Shown: positions 1 through 11,700 of the stretch, piece by piece | Layout: every line of letters begins with the position of its first letter | How positions within the stretch are numbered: the first letter of the stretch is position 1 | Assembly (NCBI GenBank): GCA_964247055.1 | Contig: OZ176056.1 | Location: 2,666,001 to 2,730,000, forward strand | Source of the DNA: Paragordius varius | Taxonomy: Eukaryota; Animalia; Nematomorpha | Length of the DNA: 64,000 nt | Direction: 5' to 3' | Position numbers and translations under genes: made by a program | The notes under the pieces: generated by a model | The model's database searches: none | What the model was told of the DNA's origin: nothing | What the model saw: the letters and a program-made list of their open reading frames with translations, nothing else

Positions 1-934
1 AAAGTTTGCACTTATATAACATTGATATACCGGAATATAAAAGTGAATTATTTAAAAACATTATGTTATGGATAAGCCTCACACCGTTAAATTTAATATT
101 AGATGTGATTTAACTAAAAATTAGCTTTATTTTAGTTTCAAAATCAAACACAATATTTTGCAAATATGTTGTTAAATAAAAATGGCGCTAAATAGTTTGA
201 TATGAAATTTTATTTCAAAACTAAATATTATTTGATATTTTGGCCTATTTATGTAATTTTTATCAGGAGACAAGCATAAATTAAAATAAAATTTGCTTCT
301 TTCTTTCAAAAATTGAACTAAAATAAGTATCGGGGTCCCTAGATACACCAATTTGAATCGAAATGTTAAATATATGGCAATTAAATTGGGTTTTTACGAA
401 AATACACCATATTTTGGCAAATGAAGCAATAAATTAAACTCAAAAGCGATAAAATGTTCAGAATCAACGGTATATATAATAATTTAAAATTATCGCTTTC
501 TAGTAACATTTTTAGTTGTTGCCACAATCTCGGAATCGTTTACTGTAAGAAAACTGGCCCATTTTAGAAGAGCATAAAATTCGAGACTTTCTCAGTTCAC
601 ATATAAAAATTTAATTTTTTTAAAAATATTATTTAGCTTTTTATATGTTTATAATGTATTTTAGTGTTAATTTTTGGAATGAATTATTAAGTTTGCACCA
701 AAATAATGCTCTTCAAAATATTGCTCAAATTTAGCCTTTTCTGATATGAATTTACCATGAATTACACAACTTTCTTAAATTACTCGTTAGGCCAAAACCA
801 AAAGGACTATGGTTCCTTACATTTTATTAAACACTGTATTAATCATTCATCAAAATGTTTAATAGCCCCTCCTGCCAATTCGCACAGTGTTGTGGAGGCT
901 ACAAATATTGGCATTCTGAATATGGTACATATAC

Positions 935-1435
935 CATGGCACTTCAAGAGTATTCATAAAATTTTAAGTTGGTTAACAGTATCCTTCAACACTTCTAGTT
1001 GGCCTTAGACTTGTTTTGTATTATCAATAAAATCGTGTATTATTCATTTCTTTTATCAATTTTAACCTATTTTCTTTATTTAAAAGGAACTATAAATCAA
1101 CATCAACTTTAATTCGGAAAAGTATATTTTATTGATAAAAATTATTATAAATTAGAAGATATTAATACGTTATAAAAATTAAATATAAGTTTTTTGGGTT
1201 ATTATTTATTCAAAACCTTCATAAGTTAATAATTATTTTAAATGGCAGATTAGTTTGAAAATAAGTGGTTTTATAATAAACTAATTTGTTAATGACTATT
1301 TACATTAAAATAAAAAAAGCAAAAATTTGGTTTAATTAAAGCATTCAAATTTTAAGGACCAACTTGAAGTGTTTAAAGACCAACTTAAAACCCTCAAGGG
1401 CCAACTTGAAGTGTAGGACACTCTTGAAGTACAAA
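935..1435. repeat. Inverted repeat pair with short subterminal repeats (MITE-like)
   Basis: CACTTCAAGAGTATTC and CACTTCTAGTTGGCC (~938-1005) are reverse complements of the (GG)CCAACTTGAAGTG / CACTCTTGAAGTAC units repeated 3-4 times at ~1355-1435; termini not defined. Confidence 0.4.
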
Positions 1436-2782
1436 TGATATTTTATAGATATTTTAGTAAGAATCATTTCGCTTCTTCCAAAAAAATCTATTTGGCAGCA
1501 GTTACCATAGAAGTTATAATTATTCCATTGACTTGAAGTTTAAATTTTAAAATACTATAACCCTTATACGTTTTTCTATCAAAATTTTTACTATGATAAT
1601 AATAAATAAATTTGAAATTTTTTGAAATAAAAAACTACACACATAATGCGGTTACTAATTATAGCGTAAATCTCGTGCTGCTACGCAGCCCGATGAAGTC
1701 CTTCGGACTTCTGTGTGGGGTATTTGAAATAAGGGACAATAAAATGATCCACATATGTGGATTATTTCGAAACAATATTTAATGGATATCATTTTATTGG
1801 AATTTTAAAACGGTGCATTCATGCTAATATATTGTTTACTTGGGGAAAATAGATTCAAAAAGTTATTTTTTTGGACTTTGTTTTTTTGAAAAAAATGGCA
1901 TTTTACGGGAGGAGCGGGTAAAAAGAGGGCCTATATTAAAAAAGCGGAGACTATGTTCGGAGCAATCGAAAATAACTAAACAAAAATCATATTTTAAATT
2001 AAGTGGTCCAAGTTCTCCGGAAAATTGTCTCAAAGACACGGTTATCGTGGACCTCTGTTTTCAAAAAAACCGTTTTTTACACGGGGTGGGCCCAAACTGG
2101 GGACCTAATTCAAAAAAAGGGCGAAGCTATTGTCGGGCCATTCATTAATAAATACCTTTTTTGATATTTGGATTTAAATGGGTGTTACAGAACCAGATCA
2201 CAAAGCCACCACTTTCCATTTTCATAAATTTTAAATTATAAAGCCAATTTTATTTTTAAAAACTTGCATATCTGCAATGCCTTCAGAGATTATATCAATT
2301 CCTATTATTTTAATAAATTTACCAAATAATAATCAAACTGCGGCCCAAGTAACGCATGGAAAGATATTTATGGTTTTAAAGTACCTCATTTGATATAATT
2401 AAACAGGATTAGAATTTTATCAAACTATGCAGACAAGAAAAACATATTTTAGCCTTTAACATTTGCTTGTAAGTACCACGTATTTGGACATTCAAAAAAA
2501 TTTAATTTATTATGTCCGTTAGTTTTTACCGAATTATTATTGCTATAATTTACAATAAGCGTTAGAAAACATAATGAATCAATATTTGGCACAGGCCTAT
2601 AACATCTGCTTTCACTTTTTTAAGTAATAATTTTATCCATTTCCAAACGAGCCTCCTTGCCTTAACCTTTCCGTTTACAAATGAATATCATTCACAAAGG
2701 AGTTGATTATATCAAAGATCATGTAAATAGTGTTTTATTTAACTATTTTTTGATATATTAAACGATATTTATAAGTTTTACA

Positions 2783-5700
2783 ATGGCTAATGTAGACTGG
2801 TCTTAATGGAAAGGATAAATGTAACAATTGCGATCAAGAGAAGCATCTCTGCCCCTGTAATCATGAGGATATCGTTACGCAATTACAGCACATGTGTTCC
2901 CTAAACATTCAATTGCCACCCGCTATAGTTAGAAAAACGTCCGTCATCTGCACAATCGGTAAATTTATTTTATATCTTAAATCAGAGTACACAATAAAAT
3001 ACTATATTTTTCAAATTTTTTAGCTAATGTAATATATCGTTTAAGCGAAATTTGGATTAGAGATTTAAATTTTGACGATATACTCAATTATATATTTTAC
3101 AATATTTTAATCATTAGACTTAAAACAAAATCGTTTAAAAATATTATGGTGTGTGTAGTATTAAAAAATATTTTTCACCTTTTACTTTTTGGTTGTTTAT
3201 AATTCTCCTTTATTTTTTTTATTTTCTGTTAGGGCCTGCATGTAAAAATTTGGAGATGTTAAAGAAAATGATTAAAGCCGGTATGAATGTGGCTCGTATG
3301 AATTTCTCCCATGGTACACACGAGGTTAGATTTTATTTTCTTGTAAATTTTACAAATAATATATATAATTAATATTTAATTAATAATATTTGTCTGATAT
3401 TCTACAGGTATATGCAAAAAAATGTTTATATTTTTATTATTTTTGACTAATTAAGGAGTAAGTTTGTAAGAAGATTTATTCTGCTTTGAACGATTATAAC
3501 TTTAAGTTAAGGCATATAATTTAAAAACTGAAAAAGATTATGAAGATCAGCCTGATCTAATAAGCGCAGTTTATCTGAAAAATGTTATTTTATAGGGGAG
3601 GGTCATTTACTGTTCACTCTACTTTTTATGATTACAATTTTATTTCTAAGTCTAAATTTAGTATATCATACCGAAACCAATAGAGTCCTTAATTTTTACG
3701 TTTCTTTAAAATCTCAAAATTCTAAAATATTTATTTCCATTTCCCTATTTTATTTAGTATCATGCCGAAACCATTAGATTGGTTCGGGAAGCGATCGCTT
3801 CGTTTAATCCACCCGTCCCTGTTGCTATTGCACTCGATACGAAAGGACCTGAAATTCGAACTGGAATGGCTGATGGCGGAGTATAAATTTTATTTTTGAA
3901 ATTTTACTTTTTTGAAAAATAAATTAAAAACTGTTTTTAGATTATTCTTTAACTGGTTTTGCATCTGCTATTGTAGATTGCATTTATAATCGTTTTAGGG
4001 TTTTTACATATTGAAAAAACTAAATTTAAGATTAAAATAATACTGAAAAAATAATAAACTATGCCAGTAAGATATATTTTGTATTAATGATGAATTAGTT
4101 ATATTAGTCCGAAAATACGTAATTTATTTATAGGGTTAATTTGATGTATTAACCCTTTAAATAAAACTTTTTATGTTGAGTAGCAATGGTATTTCTTTAA
4201 ATTTTATTATTTTTCTCCCTTTTTTTATAAATATGTGTAAACTCTATAAGTTAAATTTTAACGAATTTATATATTATATATATTACACTCGTTTTATTTA
4301 ATTTATTTGTTAGGAAATTGTTTTGGAAGCAGGCCAACCCGTTAAAATTACGACTGATAAGAGTCATTTCAATAATTGTACCAAAGACTTGATTTACCTC
4401 GATTATGTCAATATTGTACACGTTATTAAACCTGATAATTTGTAAGACCTTTTCTTTTCGATATAGTCAATAATTTTTTTGCTTTTTTAATTCTTCTATA
4501 AAATATTGATTGGAAAATTATATTTTTGACTATTCCTTAAGATAATGAATAAAATGGAATATTAACATTAAAATTTTATTTTCTTTTAAATAAATTTACT
4601 GAACGCTTAAATTATTTTGGTAAAACAAATTATTTTTAAATTTATCCATATTACCCTATCATTTTTTGATTTTATTTCATTTATCCATTATTTCTCACAT
4701 TTGCAATAGTTTTAATATAATTAGATTTCTAACATTGAGTTTTATATATAAAGTTCAATTATGCCCTATTTATTAGTATTTATATATTTTTTCTACCTGA
4801 TTTAGCATTTACATTGATGATGGTCTAATTTCCCTGCGTGTAAAATCGATTGATGCCACCAAAGGCACGTTAGATTGCATTGTTGAGAATGGAGGGAAAC
4901 TCGGTAGTCAAAAGGGGGTTAATCTTCCAGGAGTCCCGGTTGATTTACCCGCCGTTAGTGAAAAGGATAAGAGTGACTTGTTATTTGGCGTTCAAAATAA
5001 TGTATGCCTCTATTTCTTTTAGGGTGTTTCAGTTTTGTTTTGAAATGTTTTAGCAGGTTAAAAAATTAATACAGTAATAGTTAATTATATTTAAGATTAA
5101 AAATTTTATATGAGGGAGTATCAAACGTCAGGAAATAGATGACATTTACTGTTTGGTATAATGTATGTTTCTATTTCTCTTGTTATGTTTTAAAATGTTT
5201 CAGAAGTGTTTTCCTGTATAAAAATTTATTATAGTAATAGATCATTTAAATATTAGATTAAAAATTTTAAATAAGGGATCATCAGACGTCAAGAAAATGA
5301 ATAAGAATAACTTGTTATTTGGCGTTCAAAATAATGTATATGACGGTTTTTCTATTTGTTTTAGGGTGTTTCAGTTCTGTTTTAAAATGTTTTAGAAGGC
5401 TTTTGATGTATCAAAAATTAATTCAGTAATTATAATAATTAAATGTAAGATTAAAAATTGTAAATAAGGGATTATTAGACGTTAGGAAAATGGATATGAT
5501 TTACTGTTTGGTATTCAAAATAATGTATATGATGGTTTTTCTATTTGTTTTAGGGTGTTGTTTTGTTTTAAAATTGTTTTAGAAATTGCTGATTAAAACC
5601 ACTACAGTAATGTAAGATTAAAAATTTTAAATATGGAATTATTAGACATCAGAAAAATGGATAAAATTTACTGTTGGATGTTCAAAATAATGTATATGCT

Positions 5701-8700
5701 GTTTTTACTATTTGTTTTAGGGTGTTTTGTTCTGTTTTAAAATGTTTTAGGAGTCTTTTGTTGTATACAATTTATTACAGTAATAGTAAATTAATCAAAC
5801 ATAAGATTAAAAATTGTAAATAAGGAATTATTAGATATCAAGAAAATAATTAAGAGTGACTTGTTATTTAACGTTCAAAATAATGTATATGGTGTTTTTC
5901 TATTTGTTTTAGGGTGTTTCAGTTCTGTTTTAAAATGTTTTAGAAGGCTTTTGATGTATCAAAAATTAATTCAGTAATTATAATAATTAAATGTTAGATT
6001 AAAAATTGTAAATAAGGGATTATTAGACGTCATGAAAATGGATGACATTTACTGTTTGGTGTTTGAAATAATGTATGATATACCTATTTGTTTTAGGATG
6101 ATCTGATTTAAAATGTTATAGAAATTTTTTTGCTGTATAAAAATTTATTATAATATTAATGTATTGAATAAAAGTCTAAATAATTAATTATTAGAAGTCA
6201 GGAAAAGGATAGATTTACTTTTTGGTGTTTGAAATAATGTGTATGTTTCTATTTCTTTTAGGGTTCTGTATAAATATTTTTAAATGTTTTAATTGCTGAT
6301 AAAAACCACTACAGTAATGTAAGATTAAAAATTTTAAATAAGAAATTATTAGTCAGGAAAAGGATAATATTTACTCTTTGGTTTTTAAAATAATGTACCT
6401 TTTATGGTGGTAATTTAAAACTTTTTCGGGATATATAAATAAATAGGTAGAGCAAATGTGTCTATTGGAGAATGTAAATTATGAAATTTTGCTTATTTTG
6501 TTTAATATATAAATTCGGTTATTGCTATGGAGTTAAGAGATGTTAAACTTTCAAATATTATAATTTCATATATTAAAAACTGAAATGCTTAGTTTTTGTC
6601 AATATTAAAATTCGGCTGTTTATATTATTTTACATATTTTGCGCTTATTTTTCAAAAACATTCATGTTTTACTTTATAAAATAAAGAAAAAGATGCATAC
6701 CTTGGTAGTTTGAATATTTTTTGTTACATAACTTTACTATAAAGTTAAATAAAAAAAACTTTTTTTCAAATTTTCATATTTTTGTTACATAACTTATACG
6801 AATCCATATATATATATGTTTGACAACCCGAAATGCATAGTTTTTGTCAATATCAAATTGTGCGGCTGTTCAATAATATATTTAATCTTACATATGTTGC
6901 GCTTATTTTTTAAACTTTACTTATACTTTATAAAATAAAGAGGAAAATACATACATACCTTGGTAATTTGAATATTTTTTTAACATAACTTTCCTGTTTT
7001 ACTGTAACGTTTAATAAAAAACTTTTTTTTAAATAATCTAATTTTTGTTACATAACCTAATCCACACATATGTATACATAGGTCGATATGATTTTCGCCT
7101 CATTCATCCGTGATGCCCAAGGTGTTCGGGATATACGGGCTGTGTTGGGGGATGCTGGAAAGCATATTGCCATAATCCCAAAGATTGAAAATCATCAGGG
7201 GATTTACAACATTGATGAAATTATTGCTGAAAGTGAGGGTATTATGGTAGCCCGTGGAGATATGGGCATTGAAATCCCTGCTGAAAAAGTGTTTTTGGCC
7301 CAAAAAATGATTATTGGTAAGTTTGGCAAAATCTATACACATTTGAGAGAGTTTTAACTGTAAAAGTTGCGATTAATCGATTTGGGTTAAATATGGAAAA
7401 GATTATTAAGATAATAATAGTTTTCAATGGTTTATAATCGTTAGGTATGTGTATATATGGGCATTGAAATTCCTGCTGAAAAAGTGTTTTTGGCCCAAAA
7501 AATGATTATTGGTAAGTTTGAGGAGGGGGGGGGGGCAAAATCCATACACATATGAGAGAGTTTTAACTGTAAAAGTTGCGATTAATCGATTTGGGTTAAA
7601 TATGGAAAAGATTATTAAGATAATAATAGTTTTCTATGGTTTATAATTGTTAGGTCTTTGTAGATATGGGCATTGAAATCCCTGCTGAAAAAGTTTTCTT
7701 GGCACAAAAAATGATTATTGGTAAGTTTGAGGGGGGGGGGGGAAATCCATACATATGAGCGTTTTTACAATTAAAGTTGCGATTTATCGAGATTTTGGCT
7801 AATTTTATGAAAAAATATTAAGATAATAATAGTTTTCAATGGATTATAATTGTTAGTCCTGTGTATATATGTGGGCATTGAAATCCCTGCTGAAAAAGTT
7901 TTCTTGGCCCAAAAAATGATTATTGGTAAGTTTGAGGAGGGGGGGGCAAAATCCATACACATTTGAGAGAGTTTTATCAATTAAAGTTGCGATTTATAGA
8001 GATTTTGGCTAGTTTTATGAAAAAAATATTAAGATAATAATAGTTTTCAATGGTTTATAATTGTTGGTCCTGTGTATATATGTGGGCATTGAAATCCCTG
8101 CTGAAAAAGTGTTTTTGGCCCAAAAAATGATTATTGGTAAGTTTGAGGGGGGCAAAATCCATACACATTTGGGAGAGTTTTATTCATTAAAGTTTCGATT
8201 TATAGAGATTTTGGCTAAATATGGAAACGATTATATGAAAAAACTATTTTGATAATAGTTTTCGATGGTTTATAATTGTTAGTCCTGTATAGATATGTGG
8301 ATTAAAATAACCTACTGGAATTCAATAAATGATTATTACTAAGTTTGAGAAACGCGCGAGTTTTGTTTAAAAAACTGGAAGATTGCCATGAATTTTGATT
8401 TTTTTATTCTTTTTGGCGAAACTCAGATTTAAGTAACCGCACACTATTATAATAATAGTTTTTGTTAACTTTAAATGTGGTGTGGTAAAAAAATATATTT
8501 ATACAGTGGCCCATTCCTCCCTTATGAGAACTCGCGGTGGTTTAAAAACACAAGTAATTATATGCACCGTATGATATTTAATTTTATTTTTAGTTAATTA
8601 TAAGGGTTCCTTAATGTTGGCAACATATTAATATTTTTGTGGATGGTTTCAGCTTTGAACGATTATAACTTATAAAAGCCTTATATAATTAGAGTCATGA

Positions 8701-11700
8701 AATTAACATGTCTTAGTTTTCAGGCCTTTATTATAATATTATGATGCTTATTACCAACTTACAGTTAAAAATTATTTTTGAAAAACACATTTATTTTTTT
8801 CAAACCATGAATAAACTCTACCATTACAATTATGATATGTATAAATGATTAAATAACCAATTTACACCTTTATTCCTTATTTTTAAACCCAAAACGATAT
8901 TTTACATTAAAAAATACAAGAAAAATATGGTTGTCACGTAGAAATAATATTTGTCTTTATATTTTTCATTTTGTTGTAATTTATTTCACCCATGGTTTAT
9001 TTTAGTAGGTAGAGCGCCGGACTCTATTATGTGTGTAAAGTTCCAGAGTTTTAATTATGAAACTACGCATTTTTTCATATCATCACTGTCAGCCCTGAGT
9101 ATGCGAGCGTTAGAAATCTACAAATTCTGATACAATTTACAGTGGATTAAAGAATATTTGTAATAGAAATTAATATTAGGAGTAAAATTAATAATATCTG
9201 TGAAAATAAAAAAGAAACAAAGGTCCAGTTGCACGAGGAAGCATTACCATACACATTAAATTATAATAATTATTTTTTACTATTGGTGAAAGAAAAAAAG
9301 GAAAGGAAGGCCATAGTATGTAATACTCTACTACTACGTAATAATATTTCCCTTCATTAGTAAATAATAAAAAATAATTATTATTTGACGGGCATGATAT
9401 AGCTTACTCGTGTCCTTTGTTTATTTTCACTAATATCATTTTTTACTCCTAATATTCATAGCTATAAATATTCTTTTATTTAATCCATTGTAAGACCTTA
9501 CCATCTATAAAAAAAATGGAAAAAGAGACTTTAAAATGAATATTTCTTGCTTATTTTTACATCATTCCTAGGTAAATGTAATATTGCTGGTAAACCATCA
9601 ATTTGTGCGACGCAAATGGTAGAATCTATGGTTAATAACCCACGGCCAACACGTGCTGAAGTGAGTGATGTGGCAAACAGTGTCTTAGACGGAGCCGATT
9701 GTAATATGTTGAGTGGGGAATCTGCCAAAGGAAAATACCCGCTTCAAGCCCTTGAAATGATGATTAGAGTATGTTTTATATAAGTTTTTTACAGAATTTT
9801 TTTAGTTTTTTTAAGTTAAAATTGTTATGAGATATATCCTCTGCAGGCCCTTGAAATGATGATTAGAGTATGTTTTATAAAAGAGTTTTACATGAATTTT
9901 TTTAGTTTTTTAAGTTTTAATTGTTATGAGGATAGATAAAAGACTAAATTTTGTTATTGGGCTAGAATTACTTTTCCAAGTTTTTTATTGGTTGTTTTAT
10001 TGACACTTTTATTTAATATTATTCCTTTTACAGTTAAAACTATATAGAAAAAGCAAAAAAAATACAAAACTTTAGTATTTTTTGTTGTAAATATCGCATA
10101 TTAAATTTGTTAGTTAAGATAACTTTGTAAGTATGTTTCTTGTATTATTGACATTTTGAGTTAATATTATTCCTTTTGCAGTTAAAATTATAGAGAAAGC
10201 TAAATTACAATTTAATAATTTTTTTGTAATTATCGCATAATTAATTTGTTTAAAATCACTTTACAAGTATAATTATGGTTTTGTTTCTGATTATTTATTC
10301 TTTTGCAGTTTAAATTTTAGATGCAAAGCAAGAAAAATTGCAAAACTTAATAATTTTTTGGTAAATATCATATATTAACCTTAGTTTCGTAAATTTATAA
10401 AATTTTTTATTTTTCAATAAACATTCTTCTGTACGACAAAATCTATTCTATTCAATCATAATTTTAACATTATTTATTTTTCTTAACATTCTTTTTTCTG
10501 ACAAAATCTATTCTATTCAATCATAATTTTAACATTATTTTCATCATTTAGATTAATAAAGAAGCCGAGGCCGCCATCTTTTACAAGCAAAGATTCCATG
10601 ACCTTTTACTTCACACGTCAGTTCCCACGGGGAGTGCAGAATGTGTTGCTATTGGCGCTGTGGAGGCTTCATTTAAAAGTTTAGCTCGTGCTATCATAAC
10701 CCTTACTACGACTGGAAGGTAAAATGAAATTGTGAGTTTGGTTAATTGAAAAAAATTTTAAGTTTTTAAAAGGTTTCTGTTAAAATTTGGCTGTTTCAAG
10801 GCGGTTAAACAAGATTTTTCTAATTGAGATGAGTTTGTATGAGTGCCAACTCTTTTCCATATGTTTGTTTGGTCTTTGTTATCAACTTATATTGTTGTGT
10901 AATAATTTTAACATTTCAAAATTTTCTTTTAATAAATTATTTTTTGGGTTTTTTTTGGAATAGATACAAATCATTAATCGAGCGACACTTGGCTCTCCTA
11001 AATTTTTCCAGCTCTCGACAAATTCACAAATATATCGAATTCAATTTTATAAATAAAAAATGCTATATTCAATTAAAAATAATAATAGTTTTCCCAAATT
11101 TCGACAATGAACTAGCAAAAATTTTAAAAATAAATGGTAAATGAATTACTTAGTATACAGTCTTATAAATATATATATATACTTTGAATACGGCCCACTT
11201 TAAGAGGGTCATTCTTGATCTAATTTATTATATTCATAATGTTTTAGGAGTGCGCAATTGTTATCAAAGTATCGACCTAAATGTCCAATCTATGCTGTTA
11301 CCCGTATCTGGCATGTAGCTGCTCAATTGCAATTACATAGTGGTGTTATACCTATCTATTGTTCAGGTTTTTAACATTAAATAGTTTTAAAAATGATTTT
11401 AAACTTTGTGAAATGTATTGACTATTTAATCGAGAACATAAAAAAAATCAATCTTGTATTTTGGTTTGGGTTTTTTGCTTTAAAATTAATATAATTTTTG
11501 TTTTATAAGATTGTTTTTTTGACTAAGTTATAAATGTGTGTTCAGTTTATATAAAAAAATTGATAAATTATTACTTGGTTTCGTTGGATAAATATTGAGT
11601 TTATTTTTGCATAAAACTTTATTTCTTTATAATATACCAGTAACCGACAAAGTGGAAATAAATTGATTAAACATGTTCCAAGTATTTAAAATAAATAGAT

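Noticed and set aside
1685-1720. CCGATGA followed by the GAAGTCC-TTC-GGACTTC hairpin as a hammerhead ribozyme
   Set aside because: The core is CCGAUGA rather than CUGANGA, and no GAAA or NUH follows stem II; it is only a stable hairpin.
2783-2815. Programmed +1 frameshift at TCT TAA T at the PK start
   Set aside because: A 22-nt GT..AG intron or an upstream exon explains the frame with mechanisms already evident in this genome.
7255-8360. Repeat array as a CRISPR-like locus
   Set aside because: Eukaryotic intron; the whole ~200 bp unit including the spacer is homologous between copies and derives from PK; no cas genes.
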